Assembly: GCA_965227775.1 (NCBI GenBank)
Contig: OZ245777.1
Location: 160,001-224,000 of the forward strand
DNA length: 64,000 nucleotides
Origin: Phycisphaerales bacterium
GTDB lineage: Bacteria > Planctomycetota > Phycisphaerae > Phycisphaerales > UBA1924
Direction: 5' to 3'
The notes under the pieces were generated by a model. The model was not told where the DNA came from. It did not search any database and worked only from the letters and a program-made list of their open reading frames with translations. A program made the position numbers and the translations under genes. Of this stretch, positions 19,280 through 29,792 are shown in pieces. Each line of letters starts with the position of its first letter. Position 1 is the stretch's first letter.

Positions 19280-21010
19280 TCAGCCCTTTCGTTTCGCGAT
19301 TCCCACGCACGTCCACGCGACGAGCCCAGCGAGAACGACCGGACCGCCCCACAGCATGGGCAAAGCGATCGGGCCGTAGTCCTCGACCATTTCCTGGCCC
19401 GTCGAAACGACGAGCACCATCGCGAGCGCCGGCAAGAAGGCGGCCAGGTAGGCCGAAAGCGGTGGTGCTTCCTGGAAGCGGATCGCCGCGACGGCCCCGG
19501 CGATCGCCAGCACAAACGCCGCAGCGCTCAGCGCTAGCCGCTCCTGATGCGTGCCGAGGATCTCCTTGCGCGTCTTGGCGATGCGCTTGCGTAGGTCTTC
19601 GGTCGGCGGCGTCAGGAACGGGTCTTCGCTGCCCCACCGCTCGTTGTGCGCCTCGACTGCCGCAAACAGCTCTTCGCTCGACATCGCGAGCGTTTGGGAC
19701 ACCGGATCGCCCTCGACTTTCAATGGGCCGAGCGTCATCTCTTCGCGAACGCCACCCACGCGAGACTCGGCGTCGGGCGTTTGGGCGACGGCCGTCCGCA
19801 CGTTCTCGCCCAGCAACATGAGTTCCACGCCTCGGTTCGCCGGGTCGCCGGTCAGGTTGGCCTCGATCGTGGCGGCCTCCATCTCGAAGCGATCGAACGA
19901 TCGGGTGCCGCTTCGCTCCGGGCGGTACCTCTCAACCACGATTGGCTGCGCGCCCCGCGGCTTCAAACGCCAAGCACTGGCCTGCTCGTCCCAATCGATG
20001 CCACCCGCACGGAGCACGAGCGTGGAGTCATCGGCCCCGATGACCTGCACCGCCCCGCCGCCGCGCAATTCGTTGACGGTGCGCTCGATGATCATGCGCA
20101 GCGCGAGGTGGAAGGCCAAGTCCCGGCGCGCCGCGTCGATCGGACCCAGTGGATCGGGGTTGCGGTAGGCGCTGCGCATTTCGCCCCAGGTCAGGAACTT
20201 GGGCCGGTCGCCCGCGCCACCGGGCATGAAGAGGGTGTCCTGGAATTCGCCCACCTTTCCGTCAGCCAGCCTGCCGGCATCGCCCACGGCCTCGCGAACG
20301 CGGTAGATAATCTCGCTCACACGCTCGCCCGGTGCTCCGGGCGGGTCGCCCGGACCGGCCAGATCGGCCTCGGTGATCTCGCGCGGCTTCATGACGTACA
20401 GGTCGGCCCGCTCGGCCGCGCCCCAGCTTGCCATCTCGCCCTCGGGGTCGAGCTTCACAAGGTGCGCCCCGAGCAGCACGAGGTGGGCCTGCACGCCCGG
20501 CTGGTCGACTTCGGGCGTGAACACCTGGTCGGCGTATAGCAAGAATCCCTCGACCTGGACGGCCTCTCCTCGCTCGATCGTTCGGCTGATTAGCCCCGCC
20601 GCCTGACCCGAGGCGACCTCGCCCATCCGCTGCAGGAATCTCGGGATCACCTGCTCGCTCAGCACGCCCAGGGTCGTGGTGAGCACGACGCCCGTGACAA
20701 TGGCCGGCGCGAGCAACGCCAGTAGGCTCATGCCGCCCGCCTGGGCCGCCATGAGCTCCCGCTCCTGGGCCATGCGGTGGTACGCCAGCGTGCCCGCGAG
20801 TGCGCCAGAGAACGGGATCGCGTACGCCAGCATGGGCACGGCCGCCAGTCCCATGAACTTCAAGGTGTCAAAAGCGGTGAGCTGGCCCTTGGCGTAGTGC
20901 TGCACCGATGCGCCAAACGCCGTCACAAGCACCAGCACCGCCGTGATCAGCACCACGTGCCGCCAGAGCTCGAGGGAGATATGCCCGATCAGGGTCCACG
21001 ACACGCGCAC
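19280..21010 (-). CDS. LptF/LptG family LPS export permease with large periplasmic domain
   Basis: YHRMAQERELMAAQAGGMSL; 3 TM + periplasmic + 3 TM; GTG start at 21010 or 21004. Confidence 0.82.
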   Translation of the reverse strand: MRVSWTLIGHISLELWRHVVLITAVLVLVTAFGASVQHYAKGQLTAFDTLKFMGLAAVPMLAYAIPFSGALAGTLAYHRMAQERELMAAQAGGMSLLALLAPAIVTGVVLTTTLGVLSEQVIPRFLQRMGEVASGQAAGLISRTIERGEAVQVEGFLLYADQVFTPEVDQPGVQAHLVLLGAHLVKLDPEGEMASWGAAERADLYVMKPREITEADLAGPGDPPGAPGERVSEIIYRVREAVGDAGRLADGKVGEFQDTLFMPGGAGDRPKFLTWGEMRSAYRNPDPLGPIDAARRDLAFHLALRMIIERTVNELRGGGAVQVIGADDSTLVLRAGGIDWDEQASAWRLKPRGAQPIVVERYRPERSGTRSFDRFEMEAATIEANLTGDPANRGVELMLLGENVRTAVAQTPDAESRVGGVREEMTLGPLKVEGDPVSQTLAMSSEELFAAVEAHNERWGSEDPFLTPPTEDLRKRIAKTRKEILGTHQERLALSAAAFVLAIAGAVAAIRFQEAPPLSAYLAAFLPALAMVLVVSTGQEMVEDYGPIALPMLWGGPVVLAGLVAWTCVGIAKRKG

Positions 21011-21064
21011 GCCAGACGATAGGGGCCGGCCGCGCCACCGGCCCGGCGGGGCTACAACCCTCGC

Positions 21065-22045
21065 ATGCCCTCCGAGGCCGACCACGCCCCGCCGCTGACG
21101 AGCTTCGTCATCCCCTGCTACAACCACGGCCGATTCGTCGCCGAGGCCGTCCGATCGTGCCTCGATCAGACCGACGCGCGGGTCGAGGTCATCGTCGTCG
21201 ACGACGGCTCGGACGATGGCTCGACGCCACAGGCCTGCGACGAGCTCGAGCGACCGGGCGTCCGGGTTGTGCACCAGCCCAACGCCGGCCTGCCCGCCGC
21301 CCGCAACGCCGGGGCGCGGATCGCAACCGGCCGTCACTTCGCGTTCCTCGACGCCGACGACTGGGTGGAACCGACGTTCGTGGCGACGCTGCTCGCAGCA
21401 CTCGATCGCGTCCCGGATGCGAGCCATGCCTACTGCCAGGAGCGGCTGACCGACCTCGGAAACAACGTCGTGTGGCGCGTGCCCGAGTGGGACCCGATCC
21501 TGCTCATGGTGACCAATCTGCACCCGGTGACGTGCCTCGTCCGCCGAGATCGTTTCGAGGCCGTCGGCGGTTTCGACGAGACGATGACCGAGGGCTACGA
21601 GGACTGGGATCTCTGGCTGCGCCTTGCCTCATGTGGCTGGCACGGTGTCCGCTGCTGTGAGCCGCTGTTCAATTGGCGTCGGCACAGCCAGCAAACCATG
21701 ATCGACGACGCCGTGGCTCGTCACGAAGCGATCTATCGCCGACTGCTGGAAAACCACCGCGACTTCTTCCAGGCGCACGCGGTGGATGTCGCCACGCGCG
21801 CAAACGGCCTTCTGCGAAGGGCCGATGCGCACTGGATCGATGAGAGCGGCCTGCCCATCGAGTTGCAGTACCTCCATGCCGTGCGCGACGCGTACCACGC
21901 CTCGGGCGCGATCGCGATGGCTCGCAAACTCGACGGCTTGATGCCCAGCCCGCTTAGGCGGCTGTTGCATCGGATGGTCGGCTCCAGGGCGAACACCATC
22001 GCCCATCCCGCTTCCGATCCGCGCAACAAAAAGCCGGGAGCTTGA
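21065..22045 (+). CDS. Glycosyltransferase family 2
   Basis: SFVIPCYN, VVDDGSDD, NAGLPAARN, FLDADD, GGFDE and YEDWDLW. Confidence 0.93.
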   Translation: MPSEADHAPPLTSFVIPCYNHGRFVAEAVRSCLDQTDARVEVIVVDDGSDDGSTPQACDELERPGVRVVHQPNAGLPAARNAGARIATGRHFAFLDADDWVEPTFVATLLAALDRVPDASHAYCQERLTDLGNNVVWRVPEWDPILLMVTNLHPVTCLVRRDRFEAVGGFDETMTEGYEDWDLWLRLASCGWHGVRCCEPLFNWRRHSQQTMIDDAVARHEAIYRRLLENHRDFFQAHAVDVATRANGLLRRADAHWIDESGLPIELQYLHAVRDAYHASGAIAMARKLDGLMPSPLRRLLHRMVGSRANTIAHPASDPRNKKPGA

Positions 22046-22055
22046 AACTCCCGGC
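22028..22055 (-). terminator. Rho-independent terminator of the PPIase gene
   Basis: GCCGGGAG-N7-CTCCCGGC followed by TTTTT on the minus strand. Confidence 0.7.
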
Positions 22056-22079
22056 CTGTGAATCGAGATCCGGCTGCGA

Positions 22080-24515
22080 TCAGGTGCCGATGCCGCCGTC
22101 GAAGAAGTCGTCGGACAGGTCTCGGATGTCGCCCTCGGCGAACGTGCCCGTGCTCATTGTCACCGCACGCCCGCTCACGCCGTCGTCGCCGATGCGCGAG
22201 ATGGAGACGCCGAACTGGCCGTCCTGCACCGCGGTGCCACCGCCCGGAGGCAGCGCGATGCCCGCGATGAAGATCGAGTAGCGGCCCCAGTCCTCACCCA
22301 GCGTGATGGTGGCCAACACGTCATTGAACTCACGGGCGGAGATGTCGGCCCGCTCACCTGGATCGAGCATGGGCAGGAAACCGAACTGCACGAACTGATT
22401 GCGATCGAAGAAGTAGAACTGCACGGAGAAGTTCAGTGTGATGTCGGCCGTGTCGTTGTACGGGTTGTACAGCGAGATGATCTCGCCGTCATCACCGGCG
22501 TCGAAGCCGCCCGAGAGCACAACCAAGTTCGAGAGTTGCGTCTGGAACATCGCCGACTGCGTCTCGTCGCCGATGGTTGCGGTGTACTGGCCCGCAACGG
22601 GCAGCGTCGAGTCGTAACGAATCGTCAGGATCTCGCCGGGCGTGAACTCGCCGCCGAGCTCGAATACGAGCGCCTGCAGATCGAACGCACGGCGGTCACG
22701 TGGCGCGAGCACGAGGTTTCGCATGCCTTCGTTACCGTCGTCGTCGCTGATAGTCAGCGTCACGACCGAACCCGAAGCTCCCGTGTTTAGGAAAGTCAGG
22801 TAGGCCTCTTCATCTGGGTCGCTGCTGTACCGCACGCCGGCAAGCACGCCCTCGGTGTCGCCTCCGCCGATGGCACCGAGCGTGCCGTAGGCGACGTTGG
22901 CAAAGGCCGCCGCACCGTCGAAGGTGAGCAGCGAGTCGTACGTGCTCATCGCCGCGATGATCGGCACGTCGGAACTAACGTGGATCGCCTGCACGCCCTG
23001 CGTGGCGAATCCGAACAGGTTGTGCAGTTCAGCGCCGCCGCGGCGGTGGCCCTCCAGCGGGTACGAAATGGTGTTGAATGTGCTCGCATCGGTGTACACC
23101 GTGAGCGTCACCGTGCCGGCCATGCCTTCCAGGTTCTGCCAGACAATGTACGACTCGCGCGACTCGAGGTTGTCGATCGAGCCATCGAGATCCTCATCGC
23201 CGATGGTCGACGCGAGGCCGCCGAAGCTCCACGTGTTGAACGCGCCCGCGCCGCGGGCGTCGAGATCGGCAAAGTTAATGAACGACTCGGAGATCGTCGC
23301 GCCAAAGTCGGTATGCGTCAGCGAGGCGCTCATCGCCTCGGTGCTCTGGATCTCGATGGCAAACGGCGTGAACTTGCGGGCCTGGGGCTCGTCGGTCAGC
23401 GCGGGATCGCTCACGGCGATGCGCGTCCGCGTGCCAGGCTGGAGCGTGCCGCTCGTCAGCACCTGGTCGCGCATGCCGGTCTCGTACCGCAAGACGATCT
23501 GGTAGAACGACTGCGTGCCGCTGGCCAGGTTGGTCGTCAGCTCCACATACGTCACGCTCGTGTCGTTGGCGTATCCCTCGGGGTTGCCGATGAGGAAGGT
23601 GTAGAACTTCTCCGCCTCGGCGGGCTTGATGATCAGTGTGCTGGTCACCTGCACCAGGAACCGCTCTTCCAGCGATGTGCTGCGAATCTCGCCGGGGGCG
23701 ATGAAGCCCGGATCGCTGCGCACCGGCACGTCAGTCAGCGCGAAACTGACCACGTCGGCGTCGGGATCATCGAGGAAGAACGGCGACGTCGAAGGATTGC
23801 CCAGGTTGTCGGTCAGGTTGCCATCGTTGTCTACGAACACGTCGGCGAACACGAACGTGTCGAGGTTCTGGATGGCCTGCACCACCGACCACGAGCGGTC
23901 GTTCGCAACGCGGCCGAACACGGTGAAGTCCTGGGCGTCCAGATCGATATCGCCGAAGCCCTGGCTGCCGTTGTTGTCGCGCAGGTTGATGAAGAACTGG
24001 CTCGTGGCGGTATCGGTTCCCAGGCTGGTCACCAGTGCCATGGCCAGCGAACGCTCGACGTTCGAGCGGTCCGGGTTGGCCTCGTTCGCGATGGCCTCGT
24101 CGGTCTCGACGCGGCTGAGGCCGTCGTCATCGTTGAAGATGAACCCACCACCCTGGATGATGAACGGGTCGCCATCGATGTCCGGGTTGGTCGAACTGAC
24201 GTTCACCGATCGGTGGAAAAAGCTGTCGAAGTAGCGCCCACTGTTGACGTAATTCAGGAAGTTCTCGACGGTAATCGGGGCCGCGCTCGCGCCGCCCGGG
24301 CCGCTCTGGTCATACAGCTCGAAGTCGATCTCGCCCAGCGTGGTCTTGAAGCGGACGACGGTGTTTTCCGGGTCGACCAGGTCGGTGATGTCCGGGAAGC
24401 TCGCGTCGAGCAGCACGCGAGGCTCCAGCGTCTCCATGAGGGCCGTTTCCTTCGGTCCCTGCCCGCGGCCAGCGATCCGATCCATCCAACCCAGCGCGCG
24501 TCCATACAAAGACAT
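22080..24515 (-). CDS. Cyclophilin-type peptidyl-prolyl isomerase with LEPRxLL motif and long beta-rich C-terminal region
   Basis: LEPRVLL; APITVENFLNYV, FFHRSV, FIIQGGGF, ATSQFFINL, FTVFGRV. Confidence 0.88.
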   Translation of the reverse strand: MSLYGRALGWMDRIAGRGQGPKETALMETLEPRVLLDASFPDITDLVDPENTVVRFKTTLGEIDFELYDQSGPGGASAAPITVENFLNYVNSGRYFDSFFHRSVNVSSTNPDIDGDPFIIQGGGFIFNDDDGLSRVETDEAIANEANPDRSNVERSLAMALVTSLGTDTATSQFFINLRDNNGSQGFGDIDLDAQDFTVFGRVANDRSWSVVQAIQNLDTFVFADVFVDNDGNLTDNLGNPSTSPFFLDDPDADVVSFALTDVPVRSDPGFIAPGEIRSTSLEERFLVQVTSTLIIKPAEAEKFYTFLIGNPEGYANDTSVTYVELTTNLASGTQSFYQIVLRYETGMRDQVLTSGTLQPGTRTRIAVSDPALTDEPQARKFTPFAIEIQSTEAMSASLTHTDFGATISESFINFADLDARGAGAFNTWSFGGLASTIGDEDLDGSIDNLESRESYIVWQNLEGMAGTVTLTVYTDASTFNTISYPLEGHRRGGAELHNLFGFATQGVQAIHVSSDVPIIAAMSTYDSLLTFDGAAAFANVAYGTLGAIGGGDTEGVLAGVRYSSDPDEEAYLTFLNTGASGSVVTLTISDDDGNEGMRNLVLAPRDRRAFDLQALVFELGGEFTPGEILTIRYDSTLPVAGQYTATIGDETQSAMFQTQLSNLVVLSGGFDAGDDGEIISLYNPYNDTADITLNFSVQFYFFDRNQFVQFGFLPMLDPGERADISAREFNDVLATITLGEDWGRYSIFIAGIALPPGGGTAVQDGQFGVSISRIGDDGVSGRAVTMSTGTFAEGDIRDLSDDFFDGGIGT

Positions 24516-24697
24516 GGTTCAACTCTCCGTTTGGTATTCGCCCGCCGGGCGTGGGGCCGATGTCCATCGGCCGGTGGCGGGTCGTCCTGCCGCTCCGTCG
24601 GGCGGCGGTGGTGGGCAAGCATGCTAGCGTCGGCCCTCAGCCGGGACCTACGCGTCGCCGCGCCGCGTTGTTCTCACACTGCCGTACGCTCCTGCCC

Positions 24698-26902
24698 ATG
24701 GAACGGTTGACCGAACACGGCCAACAACCCGCGCCCCCGGGCCCAACAGACCGAAGCCCAGAGCCGAAGCTCTGGGTTATCAGTCCATGCTTCAATCGGC
24801 CCGCCGACGCCCAAAACCTTTGCCGGGCGCTCGCTCACCTCGAACTTCCGCCTGATCTCTCGCCGACGCTGCTCCTGGTCGACAACGCGAGCCAGCCGCC
24901 GATTCGCGAATCTCTTGCTCACGATGCACTACCCGCTCCATGGACGCTGACCCACCTGCCCCAGATGACGAACACCGGCGGCAGCGGCGGGTTCAACGCG
25001 GGCCTGGCCAAGTGCATGGGGCAATCCCGTATAGTCGATCTTGTCTGGCTGCTCGATAGCGACGCCGAACCTGTGCCGGACGCCCTTCGGCACCTGCTCG
25101 ATGTGCTTTCGAACACGGACGCGGCGATGGTGGGCTCCTGCCTGGTGGATCCGCAGACCCGAGAGCCGTTCGAGTGCGGCGGGTTCATCGATCGGAAGTC
25201 TGGGGAGTACGTCCAGCACCCGCCCAGCGACCATCAGCCGGTCGAGTGCGACTACCTCGCGGCGTGCAGCATCCTGACCACGCCAGAGGTCGTCCGCCGC
25301 TCGGGCCTGTTCCCAGAGACCTTCCTGAACGGCGACGACGTCGGATGGGGCTGCAGAGTCCGCCGTGCCACGGACAAGCCGCTGCTGGGCGTGCCCGCCA
25401 GCCGCGTGGCCCATCCGCAGCCCGATCGCATGCGCACCGTCGCCCGCTACTTCGCGGCCCGGGGCGCGATGATCGCCCTGCCCGAGGCCGGAGTGCCCAT
25501 GTTCAGCCGGGCCATGCGGGAGGCCGCAAGAGCCGCATCACTCCATGCCGCTGGTCTACACGCGCTCGGGGAACTGCACTTGATCGGCCTCCGCGACGCC
25601 GCGAGTGGCCGCGTCATGGGCGCCCTGCCCGCGGGCATCGACCCGGGCAACCCCGACCTTCCCGGCCTCACACCGGAGCAAGCCGAGCAGAAGGTCACCG
25701 GCCGCGGCCGCGTAGTGAGCGCGCGTGCTCGCCGCGGCGATCTGCTGAATCCCCGCGGCTCCATCGCGATCGACAGCCAGGGCGGCTGGTCGATCAGCAC
25801 GTCAAGGTTCACGCAGGCCAGAAAGGCGATCGGTGCGCTCGTGCGCGGCACTGGACTTGCGCTGAAGCTCCGCAAACACGGAGGAGCCTTCGGCCATGCG
25901 CCGCCCGCGCCAATGGCGAACCAGGTTCGCGGCGCAGTCCACGGGCTGAGCATTGTGATTGTCGCGTACAACCGCAAGGACGCCTTGTTGCGCACGCTCG
26001 AGCATCTCAGCCATGCCGAGCCGGCGGCTAGTGCCGAGGTCATCGTGGTCGACAACGCGTCCAGCGATGGCACAGCGCAGGCCTTGGGCGAGCGCTTTCC
26101 GGCCGTCCGATGCCTGGAACTCCCAGAAAACACCGGCGTCGCTGCGTTCAACCGCGGTGTCGAGGCCGCGTCGGGCAAGACCGTGCTCATCCTCGACGAT
26201 GACTCGTGGCCCGACGCGACGGCCCTTTCCCTCGCCCTCGAGCTCCTTGACGATCGAGACGACGTGGCGGGCATCGCGTTGCACCCAAGGCACCCCGATG
26301 GTGGACGCAGCGAGTGGCCGTTCGCACGGCGCATCGGGCAGGCCTGCGATGCCTGGCCGCTGATGGGTTGCGGCAACCTCGTACGCGTGGATGCGTGGCG
26401 GCGCGCTGGCGGCTATTGCGAGGGCTTCTTCCTCTACCGCAACGACACGGACCTTGCGCTCAGCCTCTCGACCATCGGGAAGATCTGGTTCGATCCCTCG
26501 TGGGTCGTCTGGCACGACAGCCCCGCCGCGACACGCAAGAGCGTTCGGTGGTGCCACCTGGCCACACGGAACTGGATGTGGATGGCGCGTCGACACAGTC
26601 GGCACCCGGGCCGATTCTGGGCGTGGCTCGGCGTTCTGCAGGCGTTCCGCCTTGCCGGGCTGCGCCCCGCGGCGGTCATGGCCGTTGTTCGCGGCGTGCT
26701 GGAAGGCCTGTTCGGCAAGGCTCCCACGACCGCCGCGAGCTCACCTAAGGGCTGGAAAGCCCTCATCTCACTTCGGCTCGGCAAGCCGGTCGCCCACGCG
26801 GCCCGCTACGTTGGCCCATGCCCGAAGAACCAAACGCGCCAGGCCCCCAGCACCTCACGCCCGAGCAGTTCCGAGCCCTCGCCCACGAGACGCTCGACCT
26901 AA
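24698..26902 (+). CDS. Double-domain glycosyltransferase family 2
   Basis: Domain 1: PCFNR, LVDNAS, NTGGSGGF, WLLDSD. Domain 2: SIVIVAYNR, VVDNASSD, ILDDDS, FFLYRNDTD. Confidence 0.85.
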   Translation: MERLTEHGQQPAPPGPTDRSPEPKLWVISPCFNRPADAQNLCRALAHLELPPDLSPTLLLVDNASQPPIRESLAHDALPAPWTLTHLPQMTNTGGSGGFNAGLAKCMGQSRIVDLVWLLDSDAEPVPDALRHLLDVLSNTDAAMVGSCLVDPQTREPFECGGFIDRKSGEYVQHPPSDHQPVECDYLAACSILTTPEVVRRSGLFPETFLNGDDVGWGCRVRRATDKPLLGVPASRVAHPQPDRMRTVARYFAARGAMIALPEAGVPMFSRAMREAARAASLHAAGLHALGELHLIGLRDAASGRVMGALPAGIDPGNPDLPGLTPEQAEQKVTGRGRVVSARARRGDLLNPRGSIAIDSQGGWSISTSRFTQARKAIGALVRGTGLALKLRKHGGAFGHAPPAPMANQVRGAVHGLSIVIVAYNRKDALLRTLEHLSHAEPAASAEVIVVDNASSDGTAQALGERFPAVRCLELPENTGVAAFNRGVEAASGKTVLILDDDSWPDATALSLALELLDDRDDVAGIALHPRHPDGGRSEWPFARRIGQACDAWPLMGCGNLVRVDAWRRAGGYCEGFFLYRNDTDLALSLSTIGKIWFDPSWVVWHDSPAATRKSVRWCHLATRNWMWMARRHSRHPGRFWAWLGVLQAFRLAGLRPAAVMAVVRGVLEGLFGKAPTTAASSPKGWKALISLRLGKPVAHAARYVGPCPKNQTRQAPSTSRPSSSEPSPTRRST

Positions 26903-28278
26903 TCCTCGACTACCACGCCACCATCGACGCCCGGCCAGTGCGATCGGAAGCCGCGCCGGGCGATGTGCTCGCAGCGTTGCCGAACACGCCACCCGAGCAG
27001 CCGGCGGGCGAATCGGAGTGGCCCGCGATCTTCGACGATGTGCGCAGCATCATCTTGCCCGCCCTTACGCACTGGCAGTCGCCCGGCTTCTTCGGGTACT
27101 TCCCGGCCAATGGCTCGTGGCCTGCAGTGCTCGGCGACCTCCTGAGCACCGGCCTCGGCGTGCAGGGCATGCTGTGGCAGACCGGCCCGGCGATCACCGA
27201 GCTCGAGACGCGCATGCTCGATTGGATGGCCGAACTGTGTGGGCTTCCGGAGCGCTTCCTCAGCACCGGAAGGGGCGGCGGCGTCATCCAGGGTACCGCG
27301 AGCGAGGCGACGCTCGTAGCCATGGTCGCCGCGCGGCATCGATTGAAGGCGGTGCATCCCGACCTCGACCAGCGCACGCTCGTCGCGTACACCAGCACGC
27401 AGGCGCACAGCTCCGTGCTCAAGGCCACGCGCATCGCCGGCATCGAGCACCTGCGGCTGATCAAGACCGACGACAACCACGCGCTCGACCCGCAAGACCT
27501 GCGAAGACAGGTCCAAGCGGATCTCGATGCTGGTCTCACGCCGTTCTACCTGTGCGCCACGGCTGGCACAACGAGCAGCGGTGCGTTCGATCCAATCGAC
27601 CAGATGGCCGGCGTTCGCGACGGGCTGTGCCCGGATGCCTGGCTGCACGTCGACGCCGCCTGGGCCGGGTCGGCGGCGGTCTGTCCCGAGCATCGCGGCT
27701 TCCTCGACGGGCTCTACCGGGCCGACAGTTACTGCACGAACCCGCACAAGTGGCTGCTTACGAGCTTCGATTGTGACCTGTTTTACGTTGTCGATCGCCA
27801 GACGCTAATCGACTCGCTGAGCGTGACGCCCGAGTACCTGCGCAATTCGGCGACCGAATCGGGCACCGTCATCGACTATCGAGACTGGCAGGTGCCCCTC
27901 GGCCGCCGCTTCCGTGCGCTCAAGCTGTGGTTCGTCATGCGGCACTACGGCGCCCAGGGCCTGCAAGCCCACATCCGCCAGCACGTCCAATGGGCCGAGT
28001 GGTTCGAACGGCAGGTGCAGGGTGACGAACGGTTCGAGCTGGCCGCCCCTCGATCGCTCTCGCTCGTGTGTCTGCGGCTGGCCGGCGATCGCGACCACGA
28101 GACCCGGGCCCTGCTCGAGGCCGCAAACACCACGGGCAGCGTGCTGCTTACCCACACCACGTTGCCCGACGAGCACGGTACCCAGCGATATGCCATCCGC
28201 GTTGCCATCGGCGGATCGAACAGCACGTTCGAGAGCGTCGAAGCCCTGTGGAAGCTGCTATCCACCCATGCCAACTAG
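26818..28278 (+). CDS. PLP-dependent group II decarboxylase, aromatic-L-amino-acid decarboxylase type
   Basis: HWQSPGFFGYFPA, GGGVIQGTASE, QAHSSV, WLHVDAAWAG, NPHKW (PLP Lys) and DYRDWQVPLGRRFRALKLWFV. Confidence 0.92.
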   Translation: MPEEPNAPGPQHLTPEQFRALAHETLDLILDYHATIDARPVRSEAAPGDVLAALPNTPPEQPAGESEWPAIFDDVRSIILPALTHWQSPGFFGYFPANGSWPAVLGDLLSTGLGVQGMLWQTGPAITELETRMLDWMAELCGLPERFLSTGRGGGVIQGTASEATLVAMVAARHRLKAVHPDLDQRTLVAYTSTQAHSSVLKATRIAGIEHLRLIKTDDNHALDPQDLRRQVQADLDAGLTPFYLCATAGTTSSGAFDPIDQMAGVRDGLCPDAWLHVDAAWAGSAAVCPEHRGFLDGLYRADSYCTNPHKWLLTSFDCDLFYVVDRQTLIDSLSVTPEYLRNSATESGTVIDYRDWQVPLGRRFRALKLWFVMRHYGAQGLQAHIRQHVQWAEWFERQVQGDERFELAAPRSLSLVCLRLAGDRDHETRALLEAANTTGSVLLTHTTLPDEHGTQRYAIRVAIGGSNSTFESVEALWKLLSTHAN

Positions 28279-28921
28279 CACGGGCGTACGCTCCTACGTG
28301 ACGTTCCGCGTGCTGGCCATCCTGCTGCTTGCCTCCTGCCTGGGCGGATGCGCCTCGAGCCGCCCCTCGACCAAGCCGGCTGCGGCAACCTTCGTCGTGG
28401 ACGCCAGCGATTACGAGCAAGCGTTCGAAGCGGCCAAGGGCGTGCTCCTCGATCGGCAATACGAGCTCGAGCGCGTGGATGCCCGGGCGGGCATCCTCCT
28501 CACCCAGCCGCGCACCGGCGCGGGGCTTCTGACGCCGTGGAAGATCGGGCCCGGCAGTCGGCTCGGCGAAGACACGGTCAACGCGCAAGCCCGCGTGGTC
28601 GAGATCCGCTTCGAACCGGCCGCGGAAACCGAACGTGCACCCGGCGGGGTCCCCGACGCACTCGCGAATCCGCGATCCCCGGTGCCGCCGAGCGCAGCCG
28701 AGGGCGTCATCATCGTGAGCGTGCGCGTGCTGATGGAGCGCCGCGTCTCGCCCACGCGCCGTCTCGACCCCACCGCCGTCCAGGCGGCCTCTGTGTCATT
28801 CGACCCCGGCTTGGCCCGCCGCGGCCTGAGCATGACCTACTACGCCCCGCACGATCTCGACGAGGACGCGTCGGCCGCGCTGGCGAAGAGCCTGCAACGC
28901 AGGCTCGCGCCAAGCTCCTGA
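28268..28921 (+). CDS. Putative lipoprotein
   Basis: Hydrophobic stretch ending in lipobox LGGC; start at 28268 or GTG 28298. Confidence 0.7.
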   Translation: MPTSTGVRSYVTFRVLAILLLASCLGGCASSRPSTKPAAATFVVDASDYEQAFEAAKGVLLDRQYELERVDARAGILLTQPRTGAGLLTPWKIGPGSRLGEDTVNAQARVVEIRFEPAAETERAPGGVPDALANPRSPVPPSAAEGVIIVSVRVLMERRVSPTRRLDPTAVQAASVSFDPGLARRGLSMTYYAPHDLDEDASAALAKSLQRRLAPSS

Positions 28922-28934
28922 TTCCTCGACCGTG

Positions 28935-29792
28935 CTAGCGGATGTCCAGAGCCCCGCCTCCAAGGTCGGGAGGCAGCACGCCCGCCGTCGCGCATCCGAC
29001 AAGGGCTGCACGCGAGCGGACACCGAGCTTGCGATGCAACGACTTGACCTGATCGTGCACGGTGTACTTGCTGCGGCCAAGCGTCTGGGCGATCTCGGAC
29101 ACGGAGCGACCCTCTACCAGGCGATCGAGCACGACGCGCTCGCGATCGGTCAGCCACTTGCGAGCCTGCATGCCCTGCTGCTCGCCGAGTGCCGACTGCA
29201 CGATGGCGTGCATCCAAGGCAGGATGCTCCTGAGCAGCCCGGCACGCGACGCGGTGCCTGCGGCATCGCTCCCAAGGTCACCGCCAACCTGGACAGTCAG
29301 TGTCAACGCCGTCGGGCATCGCCTGCAGGCGAGCGCCGCCAGATCGATCCTGAGGCCCACCGAGAGGAACACGTTCGAGATGGTGCACAAGCACGCTTGG
29401 TGTTCAGCGGGCTCGCTCACGAGATAGATCGAGCTCGGACCTCCTGTGGGTATGCTGGGCCACGGGATTCTCTTGGGAGCCAAGGCGACGCTCTCGGTCA
29501 GTTCGCAAAGTCGGCCGGCCACGCCGACGGACTCGCCGGACCACCCGCCTTCGCCATCGAGCCGCCCCACCTGCACCATCACACCGCGGCCATCGCCTGG
29601 CAGTGGCGTCAACGCCTGTGCGAGCCGATCCGCCAGATCAAGCACGGGGACCGCCGGAATGCGGGCCAGCGCCGATCCGATCCGCAGCACTCGCTTCGCC
29701 ATATCGAGCTCGAGAGATCGATCACCTGCCGTACCGCATTGTGACCCGCTGCCCGTCGTCGCGATACGTTTATACTCTTCTCCAGCAAGCAT
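28935..29792 (-). CDS. LuxR-family HTH transcriptional regulator
   Basis: C-terminal LTDRERVVLDRLVEGRSVSEIAQTLGRSKYTVHDQVKSLHRKLGVRSRAAL; GAGGGG RBS before ATG 29792. Confidence 0.88.
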   Translation of the reverse strand: MLAGEEYKRIATTGSGSQCGTAGDRSLELDMAKRVLRIGSALARIPAVPVLDLADRLAQALTPLPGDGRGVMVQVGRLDGEGGWSGESVGVAGRLCELTESVALAPKRIPWPSIPTGGPSSIYLVSEPAEHQACLCTISNVFLSVGLRIDLAALACRRCPTALTLTVQVGGDLGSDAAGTASRAGLLRSILPWMHAIVQSALGEQQGMQARKWLTDRERVVLDRLVEGRSVSEIAQTLGRSKYTVHDQVKSLHRKLGVRSRAALVGCATAGVLPPDLGGGALDIR

